The notes under the pieces were generated by a model. That model was not told where the DNA came from. It worked only from the letters and a program-made list of their open reading frames with translations, and did no database searches. From a virus: DNA of 64,000 nt. The DNA lies in IMG/VR virus record IMGVR_UViG_3300036766_000876, positions 30,300 to 94,299 of that record. One strand, given 5' to 3'. Shown here one piece after another: positions 55,784-64,000 of this stretch. The first letter of the stretch is position 1. Every line of letters starts with the position of its first letter. The translations under genes were made by a program, and so were the position numbers.

Positions 55784-56095
55784 TTACGCCGAGAGCTCTT
55801 CGAGGGCGACGTTGCTCTCCATGATGCGCTGCATCCCGACCGGCCCGTAGCTGCCCTCAGAGACGACGTCGTCCTTGTTGAGCCTGGTGAGCTGGCCGCC
55901 GAGCGAGATGGTGGTCGTCTCCACAACGCGGTAGCGCTTGGGGCCGGCCGCGCGTGGCGCTGCCACGACGGCAGGGGCAACGGGAGGGGGTGGGGGCACC
56001 ACAACGGCCCTTGGAGCTGGTGCTGGTGGCGAGGGTGGAGCGTCAATCTTCGATGCTTCCAACGGGTCCGTGACGTTCGTCTTGTTCTTGGCCAT
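55784..56095 (-). CDS. small Pro-rich protein after the capsid gene
   Basis: ATG at 56095 with AGGAGG RBS. Confidence 0.65.
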   Translation of the reverse strand: MAKNKTNVTDPLEASKIDAPPSPPAPAPRAVVVPPPPPVAPAVVAAPRAAGPKRYRVVETTTISLGGQLTRLNKDDVVSEGSYGPVGMQRIMESNVALEELSA

Positions 56096-56175
56096 CGTGA
56101 GCCTCCTGGGACGCTGTGTCCCGCTTTCGCAGCTTACAGCGAGCCTGCGGGTGCTTCTACCCTTGATGGGTGCCC

Positions 56176-56212
56176 AAAAAACAACCCCCGGGCAGCTTGC
56201 GCTGGCCGGGGG
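56176..56212 (-). terminator. intrinsic terminator after the major capsid gene
   Basis: CCCCGG-CCAGC-GCAA-GCTG-CCCGGGG followed by TTGTTTTTT. Confidence 0.75.
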
Positions 56213-56243
56213 CGGCACATCTCGTTCTGTTGGAGCGGTGGGC

Positions 56244-57644
56244 TTACTGCCCGTGCTCAACGACCACGCAGCGCTTGTAGTACGCGCCGTCGCCAACAGC
56301 GCCGTCGGTGCGCACCGGCCACGCGCCGATGAACTTCCAGGTGGTGCTCACCATGTCCTGGAGCCGGTTCTGCGGCGCCCGGATGATGAGCTGGATGCGG
56401 TCGGTGAAGACGTCGATGCCGTTGTTGGAGATGCGGGGCTCGCCAACCTTGCCCTGCACGCCAGCCTCGGTGATGAGCGCCGCCAGGTCCATGTAGTACT
56501 CCATGACCAGGCCCTGACCCGTGAACAGCGGGCGGTGAATCGGGACGCCCGTGGTGAGCCCGGTGTTGAACAGCTCGCCCGCGAAGTTGTCGTCCTGGCT
56601 GAACGTCGCGGTGGAGCCGCCGATGACCGTCTCAGCGAGGGGGGCCTCGTTGTTCCGGATGAAGATGACGCCGAGCAGCACGCCGATCCCGAACTGCTTG
56701 TACATGTAGAAGTCGGGCAGCGACTGGAGCAGGCGCTGGAACTCGGCATCCCCGAAGATTTGCGCCTCGGAGGTGGGGTCCAGGTGGCAGTGGAAGTACC
56801 CGTCGATGTGCTCGGGCACGTTCTGCTGGCGGAGACGGGCCACGGCGGAGCGGCAGTCGGTCAGACGGAACAAGTCCGCGCTGCCCACGTCGTCCACCTT
56901 GTTGCCGCCACCGACGCGCACCAGCGACGTCTTCTTGTCGCTGATGACGTAGTCGCGGTCCACCACGGAGACGGCCGCGCCGTCGAGGGTGATGGTGCCA
57001 GGACCGACCTCGTCGCCGGCCGTGTCCGCCGCGAAGCCGGTCACGTTGCGCGAGACTTCAGCGCCCGCGAACAGCTTGATGGGCAGCGGGTTGCTGGCCG
57101 ACACGGGGTCGTACCGCACCGCCGAGCCCGCCACGAGGTCCGGCCGCCGCGCCCTGGTGAAGCCGTTGAGGCGCTTCACGCGGATGGTGTTGGTCGGACC
57201 CTGCGCGCCATCCGCCACGGTCCAGCCGGCGAGGCCCGCGTTGTACATGTTGTTGCGGACGAGCCCGTTCAGCGACTGTCCGGCCTGGAGCCCCACCTGC
57301 TGCGCGTTCCTGTAGAACAGGTTCGCGATGGCGGTGATGCTGGTCGGCATGTGGGTGTCGATGCTGTCCGCGAACTGCTGCGCGGTCGCCTCCCACTGCT
57401 CGCTGGGGAACGACTTGGGAGTCGGATCCGCCCCGGGCACCAGCGCGCGCTGGTTCTTCGGGATGAGGCCCGCTCCGGTGAACACCATCCGGTCACCGAC
57501 GTTGCCCGGCCACTGCACGGGCGAGGCCTCGCTGCGGAAGAGGAGCTTGGGAAAGAGCGCGTCGTGGAACGCGCGCTCCAGGGTTCCGTCCTGGACGAGA
57601 GCCCGGATGTCGGGCGACTGCGAGATGATGCTGAAATCTGCCAT
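56244..57644 (-). CDS. major capsid protein
   Basis: 466 aa, between scaffold gene and terminator; GLQAGQSLN, YFHCHLDP, NRLQDMVSTTWK. Confidence 0.8.
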   Translation of the reverse strand: MADFSIISQSPDIRALVQDGTLERAFHDALFPKLLFRSEASPVQWPGNVGDRMVFTGAGLIPKNQRALVPGADPTPKSFPSEQWEATAQQFADSIDTHMPTSITAIANLFYRNAQQVGLQAGQSLNGLVRNNMYNAGLAGWTVADGAQGPTNTIRVKRLNGFTRARRPDLVAGSAVRYDPVSASNPLPIKLFAGAEVSRNVTGFAADTAGDEVGPGTITLDGAAVSVVDRDYVISDKKTSLVRVGGGNKVDDVGSADLFRLTDCRSAVARLRQQNVPEHIDGYFHCHLDPTSEAQIFGDAEFQRLLQSLPDFYMYKQFGIGVLLGVIFIRNNEAPLAETVIGGSTATFSQDDNFAGELFNTGLTTGVPIHRPLFTGQGLVMEYYMDLAALITEAGVQGKVGEPRISNNGIDVFTDRIQLIIRAPQNRLQDMVSTTWKFIGAWPVRTDGAVGDGAYYKRCVVVEHGQ

Positions 57645-57790
57645 GGCGAGCGAGCCTCTGAGTTTGGACAGCGTTTGGGGAAAGGTGCTGCGTTCACTAC
57701 AGCCTGCGCCGAACTACCACGTCAACACCCTTCAATGCACGGGGGAGCTCATCGCCCCTCCGTGCAAGTCCAACCGGGCCCTCGCGAGCT

Positions 57791-58654
57791 TCAGTGCGAG
57801 TGTGGGCTGATGCCCTTCTTCGCCAGGTGAGCCTGGTAATCCTGCGGGCTCATCTTGCGCACGTCCACAGCCCCGTTTGCGCCGTTCTGTGCTCGCACCG
57901 CGGCAGGGGCGGGAGGCTTCGGCGCGCCTCCAACTCCGGTCCCGGTGTTCGCCGGCACGACAGCCTCTCCGAAGAGCAGCGGCTTCGACTTCCGCAGCGT
58001 CTCGAAGTACGCCTTCTCGTCGAACTTCTCCGCCTCTTCCGGAGTCAGACGCTCGACCTCGCGGCTGAACAGGATGATGGCGTAGTCGATGTCCTGCACG
58101 CCCGTCTGCGCCGCGATGGTGCGGATGTGCATCTCCGCCCGCGCTGCGTCGGCGTCCGCCTGGAACTCGCGAGCCTTCCTCTGCCACTCACTGGCGGATG
58201 AGGCGTACCTGTTGCGCTCGTTGAGCACCTTCTCCAACTGCCGCTGGTACTTCCCTTCCTCGCGGCGCTGGTCCTTCGCATTCGCGAGGTCCCTGGCGGG
58301 GTCCTCGTTCGGCTCCTCGGCGGCCGGCTGCTGGGCCTGACGCTGAGGGACGACCTGCTGCTGTTGGGCCGCCGGAGTCTGCTTCAGCTTCGACAGCGCC
58401 TGCACCAGCTCCGTGTGCGAGCTGTAGCCGGCTGACTTGGCGAGCTCGTCCATGGCGCCTTGCTGGCCCCGGGCAAACTCCTCCTCCTTGATGCGCTTCA
58501 TCGCGGAGGTGGGAACGACGACGGTCTTCGGCTCAGACCTCTGCTGGACTGGATCCGCTGCCGCCTGCGCGGGTGGCGGGGTGCCCAGTGGGGCGCCACC
58601 GTCCGCGTGCTGCTCTGTTGGCATCGCTTCCTGCTGCTCAATTTGCTCAGGCAT
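57791..58654 (-). CDS. capsid scaffolding protein
   Basis: Q/E-rich coiled coil; KPLLF...NTGTG; C-terminal KMSPQDYQAHL. Confidence 0.75.
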   Translation of the reverse strand: MPEQIEQQEAMPTEQHADGGAPLGTPPPAQAAADPVQQRSEPKTVVVPTSAMKRIKEEEFARGQQGAMDELAKSAGYSSHTELVQALSKLKQTPAAQQQQVVPQRQAQQPAAEEPNEDPARDLANAKDQRREEGKYQRQLEKVLNERNRYASSASEWQRKAREFQADADAARAEMHIRTIAAQTGVQDIDYAIILFSREVERLTPEEAEKFDEKAYFETLRKSKPLLFGEAVVPANTGTGVGGAPKPPAPAAVRAQNGANGAVDVRKMSPQDYQAHLAKKGISPHSH

Positions 58655-58860
58655 GTCTTCTTTCTCGGTACTGTCTCCGACTATTCACCGCCGTCGTCTG
58701 CGTGGTGAGGCCGAATCCAGCCTGGTGATTCCCGGTTGCCCGGTACTGTTGAACGGCGAGGGGCCAGTCGTGCGCCGCCCCAGTCGCGCTTCCCCACCTA
58801 CGGCAACGCCCCCTGACTGCGGGGGCGCGGTGAGGCCTTACTGTTGACCGCGGGAAGCGC

Positions 58861-59307
58861 TTACCCGGGGGCGAACTTGGTGGTGATGGCTTCAGCGGGC
58901 GCCGCGATGTAGCGGACGACCGCCCGAGTGACCGTGTTGGGGAAGGTGATGGTGGTGATGGTCCCCGTGCCGGTGAGGGCAGCGCCCGGAGCCGTGATGC
59001 CCTGAGCCGAGGCGATGCCGATTGCGGTGTTGGCGCCGCCGGGGGGGAGCAGCGGGGTCACAGAGCTGTCGCCAACCATGTACGTCCCGACCGACGCGGC
59101 GGTGCCGGAGGTCACGACGCGGGCTGACGCAACCATGAGCGCGCCGCCTGGGATGGTCACGGCCGCGGTCGCCGTGATGGTCCCGGTGTCGAACTCCTTC
59201 ACCTGGAGCATGTTGCCCAGGTCAACCTTCCGGAGCGCGTCCGGGAGCTGGTTCGGGTTGGCCTGCGTGAGGACAACCTTGGTGGTCTGCACGGCGGTGG
59301 TGGTCAT
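58861..59307 (-). CDS. virion protein (possible head decoration)
   Basis: 148 aa, T/A/G-rich. Confidence 0.55.
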   Translation of the reverse strand: MTTTAVQTTKVVLTQANPNQLPDALRKVDLGNMLQVKEFDTGTITATAAVTIPGGALMVASARVVTSGTAASVGTYMVGDSSVTPLLPPGGANTAIGIASAQGITAPGAALTGTGTITTITFPNTVTRAVVRYIAAPAEAITTKFAPG

Positions 59308-59354
59308 GGCGGTTCAGCTCCTCTGGAAAGGCGGGACAGCGTGTGTGGGACTGC

Positions 59355-59732
59355 TCAGGCCTTCTCGGCCAGGAAAACGCGAACGGTTGTGACGGTTCCT
59401 GGAACGCGAGTCAAGGTGATGGCGGTGACTGGCACCGACTCGCTCATCAGGATCCAGTACGTGTCGAAGGGCACTGCCTGCGCTGCGCCGTCGGCGGAGG
59501 TGATGAGCGCCTTCACCTTGTTGTCCGCCTTGAGGATGACGATGTGCGCGTTGGTGACTCCGCCGAAGGCAACGGCCGCCGGGGCGTCCGCGTTCAGCGT
59601 CATCTCGGAAATCTGCTTGGCGTTGAGCGTCAGCGCCTCGTCGATGTTGGCCGTGACGGTGGGCGCGAAGCTGAGCGGCGCCGCCAGGGGCAAGGCCTGG
59701 TAGCTGCCGTTCAGCTTGAAGGAGTCGCTCAT
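59355..59732 (-). CDS. virion-type beta protein
   Basis: 125 aa. Confidence 0.55.
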   Translation of the reverse strand: MSDSFKLNGSYQALPLAAPLSFAPTVTANIDEALTLNAKQISEMTLNADAPAAVAFGGVTNAHIVILKADNKVKALITSADGAAQAVPFDTYWILMSESVPVTAITLTRVPGTVTTVRVFLAEKA

Positions 59733-59803
59733 GGCTCAGTTGGAAGAGGTGGCGCCGCCCCGCGGGGGAGGGGAAGGGGGGGCCGCGGGGCGCGCCGAGA
59801 GGG

Positions 59804-59998
59804 CTACTTGGACCCGAGCGGGCCCAGCGTGAAGGGCGAAGGATCCACGCCCTGCGGCAGGGACGACTGGGGGAGCTTCGACATCGTGTTGGTGTCCGCG
59901 GTGACGGCGTCCTTGTACTGGCCCGCTGCCTTGTCCACCGCTGACATGATGTCTCCGCTTTCGACGGCTCCCTGCAAGGGGGCCAGTGGGTCGCTCAT
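59804..59998 (-). CDS. small protein, C-terminus DPSPFTLGPLGSK
   Basis: 64 aa ORF. Confidence 0.6.
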   Translation of the reverse strand: MSDPLAPLQGAVESGDIMSAVDKAAGQYKDAVTADTNTMSKLPQSSLPQGVDPSPFTLGPLGSK

Positions 59999-60040
59999 GG
60001 TGCTTGTGCTCCAGGTGCTGCGTGTGAGGTTGGGTGCTGC

Positions 60041-60211
60041 TTACTTCCAGGCGATGGGGGTGGGGCTGTTCTTCACCGGGGCATCCTTCACCCCGCTCGG
60101 GCCCCACGACTCCTTGTAGCGGCCGTACCTGGCGTCGAAGATTTCATCCGAGGTCTTGGTGCCCTCGGACATGGGCTTGCCGAACTCCTCGCTGATTGGC
60201 TTGTCGGGCAT
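60041..60211 (-). CDS. small protein, C-terminus NSPTPIAWK
   Basis: 56 aa by manual translation (MPDKPISEEFGKPMSEG...), below the track cutoff. Confidence 0.55.
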   Translation of the reverse strand: MPDKPISEEFGKPMSEGTKTSDEIFDARYGRYKESWGPSGVKDAPVKNSPTPIAWK

Positions 60212-60241
60212 GGCGTTCTCGCTTTGCTGGTGGTGGCGGAG

Positions 60242-60472
60242 CTACCCGCCGACGGTGAAGGGGGCCTTGTTGTCCGACACCGGAGCTCCGGCGGAGGGCG
60301 TCTTCATCTTGGCCGGCTCGTACTTCCCGGTCGGCATGCCGGCTCCCTTGGGGATGCCTGCGGTGGCGTCGTACGCCGGGCCCTCGACGAAGCCGGCGGG
60401 GTCCGTGCCAATCTTCTCTGCCTGGCTGCGCGGGGTGCGCCCGCTCTGCGGTCCAACGGGTCCCTTGAACAT
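60242..60472 (-). CDS. small protein, C-terminus DNKAPFTVGG
   Basis: ATG at 60472 with AGGAG RBS. Confidence 0.6.
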   Translation of the reverse strand: MFKGPVGPQSGRTPRSQAEKIGTDPAGFVEGPAYDATAGIPKGAGMPTGKYEPAKMKTPSAGAPVSDNKAPFTVGG

Positions 60473-60474
60473 GG

Positions 60475-60825
60475 TCACTCCTGGAGCTTGAACGGCGAGG
60501 AATCGGCGGGCCTGTCGGAGTCCCACTTGGACTCGTAGCCCTTGACCTTGTCCTGCATGTTGCCGTCGAGGTCAACCTTGTCCGCCGGCCGCGGGTCGCC
60601 CTGGCCGCCGATGCCGCACGGGCTGTTGCTCGGGTTCTGCGTCAGCGCCTTGAGGCCCGGGTCGAGCGAGTCAATCATCGGCTTCGGGGGCTCGGGGTAG
60701 CGCATGTCCATGGGCCACGGCTGGCCAGGGGAGATGTTGTTGACGCGCTCTGCGTAGCGCTCCTGCTCGCGCTTGTACGCTTCCTGTGCTCCCAGCTCGA
60801 TGATGCGGATCGTCACGCGCGCCAT
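60475..60825 (-). CDS. small protein, C-terminus DSSPFKLQE
   Basis: ATG at 60825, Pro-rich. Confidence 0.6.
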   Translation of the reverse strand: MARVTIRIIELGAQEAYKREQERYAERVNNISPGQPWPMDMRYPEPPKPMIDSLDPGLKALTQNPSNSPCGIGGQGDPRPADKVDLDGNMQDKVKGYESKWDSDRPADSSPFKLQE

Positions 60826-60865
60826 GGTAGAGCACACGGCCCCTGCGTGCAACAGTCTCCCCCCT

Positions 60866-61222
60866 GTGGCCCTCATCGTTTGCGTGGACGACGACCTCTC
60901 CGTTGCGCAGATGGTGGCGGACGTCGTTCGCTTCCTGAAACACCAGCCTGTCGTCGAGACGAGCTCGCTCACCGCCATCACGAAGTGGCTGCGCGAGCCG
61001 CGCGTTGGGGCGGTGCTCGCTGACTACCTCATGCCGCAGATGGACGGCCTGGAGATGCTGGAGGTGTTCCGCGAGGCGCGCCCGGACGTGCGGCGACTCC
61101 TCATCACAGCGGCTCCACAGGAGGAGCCAGTGCGGCAGGCAGAGCGGGACGGCTTGGTGGGGATGGTCATTGCGAAGCCACCCAGCATCGGGGACATACG
61201 CATGGCGCTCGCCTGGCTCTAG
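60866..61222 (+). CDS. stand-alone response regulator receiver (CheY-like)
   Basis: VCVDDD, phosphoacceptor ADYLMPQMDGLE, LLITA, AKP. Confidence 0.88.
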   Translation: MALIVCVDDDLSVAQMVADVVRFLKHQPVVETSSLTAITKWLREPRVGAVLADYLMPQMDGLEMLEVFREARPDVRRLLITAAPQEEPVRQAERDGLVGMVIAKPPSIGDIRMALAWL

Positions 61223-61701
61223 GGGCGCTTCTTCCGAGCGGCGCTCATCGCCTGGACGTCACTCATCGCCCTAGTGATGTCCTGGCGGAACACGCGCTCC
61301 AGGCTGCCGAGCTTCTCGTCCAGCAAGCTCGACTGCTCCTTCAGGGAGGCGCGGTAGAACTCGCTCTGCTTCTCGAAGCGGTTGTCGAGGTTGGTGCGAA
61401 TCTCGATGACGGTCCCGCGGATGCCCTCCGCCAAGGTGTACGTCTGCTTCATCTCCGCCTGGAGGTTGATGATGGCCCTGTCGAGGTCCGCGATGGCGCG
61501 CTCCGACTTCTCGAAGCGCTCGTCGTGCTCCTTGAGCTCCGCGCGGACGTCCTCCTTGTCCTTGTCCTCGCGCTCGACGGTGCGACTCCCGAGCCAGCGA
61601 ACGATGCCAAAGCCGGCGGCCATGAGCTGGGCCACCACACCGGCCCCGACGAGCAGGTACAGCTTGGAGAGCCCATCTCCGCCGTCAGCGACGGGGTCCA
61701 C
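61219..61701 (-). CDS. membrane-anchored coiled-coil protein
   Basis: N-terminal TM followed by a long coiled coil. Confidence 0.65.
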   Translation of the reverse strand: MDPVADGGDGLSKLYLLVGAGVVAQLMAAGFGIVRWLGSRTVEREDKDKEDVRAELKEHDERFEKSERAIADLDRAIINLQAEMKQTYTLAEGIRGTVIEIRTNLDNRFEKQSEFYRASLKEQSSLLDEKLGSLERVFRQDITRAMSDVQAMSAARKKRP

Positions 61702-61704
61702 GGC

Positions 61705-61992
61705 TCAAGCTCCCTGCTTGCTGAGCTCCGCGGGGATGTGAAGGGCATCGACGATTCGCTCCACGGAGCGGGCCATCCGTCGCTGCTCGACCTGCATCTC
61801 CAACATCAGCTTCTCACCGCGCATGGTCCGCTCGTCCACATGGCGCACCGTCGCGCGCAGCTCACCGAGCTCCTCGCTGAGTTTGCTCATGCCGTGCCTC
61901 ATCTCCCTGAAGTCGTCCTCCAGCGTAGCTACACGCCGTTGGAGTTGGGTGATGGCGGATGGGCGAACGGGCGGAGTCTTCTTCTTGGCCAT
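61705..61992 (-). CDS. coiled-coil protein
   Basis: 95 aa heptad pattern. Confidence 0.6.
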   Translation of the reverse strand: MAKKKTPPVRPSAITQLQRRVATLEDDFREMRHGMSKLSEELGELRATVRHVDERTMRGEKLMLEMQVEQRRMARSVERIVDALHIPAELSKQGA

Positions 61993-62022
61993 CAGTGCCT
62001 CGAACGGTAGCAGAGCGAGCCG

Positions 62023-62904
62023 CTACTTGTTGACGTAGACCTTCTCGCCGGAGGCGCTGGTGTAGTACCGGCCGCCCTTGGGGCCGGTCTGGACGGACTT
62101 GGAGTCCGCGCTCTTGGAAGCACCATCCTTGTCCTTGTCGGCTTTTTCAGAAAGTCGATGCGCTTCCTTGCTCAGCACAGAAGCATCGCCATCCCCTCGC
62201 TGGTGCGCGGCAGCGGCGTTGGTATGCTTCTGTGCAGCGACAACATGGAGAGCACCTTTTTGTTCACGGTGCTCCGCCGCCTTGGCCATGTGAAAGTCTG
62301 CCTTCTCGCTGGAACCCTTGGGGCCGGTCTGGACGGACTTGTCGGAGCCCTTGTCCTTGGGGGCCTTCTCGCCAGTGGGGCCCTCCCGCTTCTCCTTGAG
62401 CGCGGCCAGATGCGCGTCCGCCTTTTTGAACGCGCTGTCGCTCTTGGCTTTCGCTTCCGCTGCATGCGCAGTGTGCTCCGCCGCAGTCTTCGCGTCGCCG
62501 TTTTTGGTGGAATCCGCCGCGAGGTCCTTGTGCACACGCGCTGCCTCGTCGTACTTCGCCGCGTTGTCGCTGTGGAAGCGGTACATGCCCTTCAGGTCCG
62601 ACTCGCTGTCGGAGGCCTTTGGGCTGTCCTTGTCACCAGAGCCACTGGACTCGTCTTTGATGGTGATGCGGTGGCTCTTCTCGCTCTTGCTCGCCGCAAC
62701 AGAGTCTTTCCTGTCCTGCTCAACGTGACTTCCCATCGCGGAGTCCATGGCCTTTGCGAGGGTGCTTTGGCCATCCGAGCCCTTGTCGCGCTTGGCTTGG
62801 GCGCGAGCACGGATTTCGTGAAACTCCTTTAGCTGTGCGATGAACGCAGGGTTTTTCTCCTTCAGAAGCGCCTTCGCCATCATGTCGTACTTATTTTTTG
62901 CCAT
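62023..62904 (-). CDS. charged, low-complexity His/Ala/Lys-rich protein
   Basis: KSVQTGPKG occurs twice; ends GPKGGRYYTSASGEKVYVNK. Confidence 0.65.
   Translation of the reverse strand: MAKNKYDMMAKALLKEKNPAFIAQLKEFHEIRARAQAKRDKGSDGQSTLAKAMDSAMGSHVEQDRKDSVAASKSEKSHRITIKDESSGSGDKDSPKASDSESDLKGMYRFHSDNAAKYDEAARVHKDLAADSTKNGDAKTAAEHTAHAAEAKAKSDSAFKKADAHLAALKEKREGPTGEKAPKDKGSDKSVQTGPKGSSEKADFHMAKAAEHREQKGALHVVAAQKHTNAAAAHQRGDGDASVLSKEAHRLSEKADKDKDGASKSADSKSVQTGPKGGRYYTSASGEKVYVNK
62075..62340. repeat. 26 bp direct repeat CCCTTGGGGCCGGTCTGGACGGACTT (two copies)
   Basis: Copies at about 62075-62100 and 62315-62340. Confidence 0.8.
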
Positions 62905-62913
62905 GGTTTTCTC

Positions 62914-62939
62914 CTTGCCCGGTGACGGGCGTCTTTACC
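62914..62939 (-). promoter_or_regulatory. putative phage promoter GGTAAA-N13-GGGCAAG (copy 5)
   Basis: Motif ends 9 nt before the ATG at 62904. Confidence 0.6.
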
Positions 62940-63870
62940 CCGTCGCCATCGGCGCTGGAGCCGGCGCTGCTGCTCCCGCCACCTCTCCGCCGAGCTTCTT
63001 GAAGACGTGCGCCACCACCACCCACGGGTCCGGGTAGCTCTCCCAGTGAGGCTTCACGGCCTCTTCGGCCTTCAGCCACATGTCCGGGTCCGAGGCCCAG
63101 CTCGGGGCCGCGCCCTCCTGCGGAGGCTCCGACTGGAGCGCCGCCTGGATGGCCGGGTCCGGCTGAGCGGCCGCCTCCTGCGCGGCCTCGTCCAGCATCG
63201 CCTTGAGCTCGTCCCCGCCCTCTGCCCCGGGAGCCGGAGCCGCGGCGGGAGGCGGAACGGAACCCTTGGCCATCGCAGGGACTGCCTTCGGAGCAGCCGA
63301 GATTGCACCGCCTGCTGCCGGGGGAGGCGCCTTGGCCGCTGCCCTGGCCTGGATCGCCTTCGCAGCAGCGCCGGGCTTCGACATGTCTGAGGGAGCCCCT
63401 TCGTCTGGCATCTCCGGAGGGGGCGCAATCTCCAGCCCCTTCACCGCGCCGCCAATCATCCGGTACAGGTACGCCGTCACCACGGCCGGCTCGTCGAACA
63501 TGTCTTCCCCAGCGCCTCCGAGGCCAACGGCCTCCGCGGCCTCAGCCCACTTCGCGGCGTCCTCCGCGTAGGCGGGCACGTCCTCCGGCCCGGTCGAGGC
63601 CACGCCAGCGATGACGTCCTCCAGCTCCTGGTCCTTCGCGTCCTCCGCGGCCTGAGCAGCCTCCTCGACGAGCTCGTGGAGGTGGACCTCGCTCTCCTCC
63701 TCGGGGCCCTGCTCCATGTCCGGGTGCGGCGGCTTGGCCATCGGCGCCCTCACTGGCGCGGCCGGCGCCTTCGCCTGCGCTCGCTTCTGCGCGAGCATCC
63801 CGGAGACGGCTGGTGGAGCTGCGGTCCTCTTGGCGAAGGCGAGGATGTTCTGCTTGGGCATCACGGGCAT
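62935..63870 (-). CDS. Ala/Pro-rich protein with an internally duplicated helical domain
   Basis: PAYAEDAAKWAEAAEAV...VVTAYLYRMIGG versus PSWASDPDMWLKAEEAV...VVVAHVFKKLGG. Confidence 0.65.
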   Translation of the reverse strand: MPVMPKQNILAFAKRTAAPPAVSGMLAQKRAQAKAPAAPVRAPMAKPPHPDMEQGPEEESEVHLHELVEEAAQAAEDAKDQELEDVIAGVASTGPEDVPAYAEDAAKWAEAAEAVGLGGAGEDMFDEPAVVTAYLYRMIGGAVKGLEIAPPPEMPDEGAPSDMSKPGAAAKAIQARAAAKAPPPAAGGAISAAPKAVPAMAKGSVPPPAAAPAPGAEGGDELKAMLDEAAQEAAAQPDPAIQAALQSEPPQEGAAPSWASDPDMWLKAEEAVKPHWESYPDPWVVVAHVFKKLGGEVAGAAAPAPAPMATG

Positions 63871-64000
63871 CTGGTTCTCCGGAGGTAGCTGTCAAGCAAG
63901 GCGGTCGAGGAATACCACACTACGTTTCAAGGCACCCCAGCGTGCTTCTTGGCGAGGAGCTTCACGGTGGCGAGGCACGCCCTTCTGCGAGAGCTTCTGC

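Noticed and set aside
58735-58760. Possible sixth promoter copy (GGGCAAC)
   Set aside because: No GGWAAA box 13 nt upstream and the last base mismatches.
1-64000. tRNA, rRNA, reverse transcriptase/DGR or alternative genetic code
   Set aside because: No cloverleaf or rRNA-like segment, RT motif or TR/VR repeat pair was noticed by eye, and genes read normally in code 11. A tRNAscan/cmscan run would be needed to exclude small RNAs.

Overview
The whole 64 kb window is part of a high-GC tailed dsDNA phage or prophage with a contractile tail. Sequence style points to a Myxococcota-like host, which is an inference. Almost all real genes are on the minus strand. From right to left: small and disordered head-region proteins with an oppositely oriented CheY-like receiver (59-64 kb); scaffold, major capsid, neck, sheath, tube, tail chaperone with a likely -1 frameshift, tape measure, baseplate and several fibre/spike genes (29.8-58.7 kb); an amidase-holin-spanin lysis cassette (27.5-29.4 kb); two plus-strand genes including a resolvase-like nuclease; a strong leftward sigma70-type promoter (~26.6 kb) ahead of an early region of small ORFs and a MoxR-vWA module (18.5-26.1 kb); a phage sigma factor, ParB-like and HTH genes; and a replication/recombination block (SF2 helicase, HNH-containing initiator, DnaB-like helicase, primase, UDG-fused family A polymerase, UvsY-like, gp32-like SSB, RecA, SbcD/SbcC-like, dTMP kinase). 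No terminase, portal, integrase, tRNA or CRISPR array was recognised. The most interesting signals found by reading the DNA are: (1) a repeated, covarying hairpin/pseudoknot element between a stop codon and the next RBS in the early operon; (2) a five-copy GGWAAA-N13-GGGCAAG motif, a likely promoter for the phage sigma factor; (3) a ~420 nt structured non-coding leader; (4) four tandem small proteins sharing a C-terminal PF-T/K-L/V motif reminiscent of encapsulin cargo-loading peptides. All family calls come from motif recognition by eye, not database searches.
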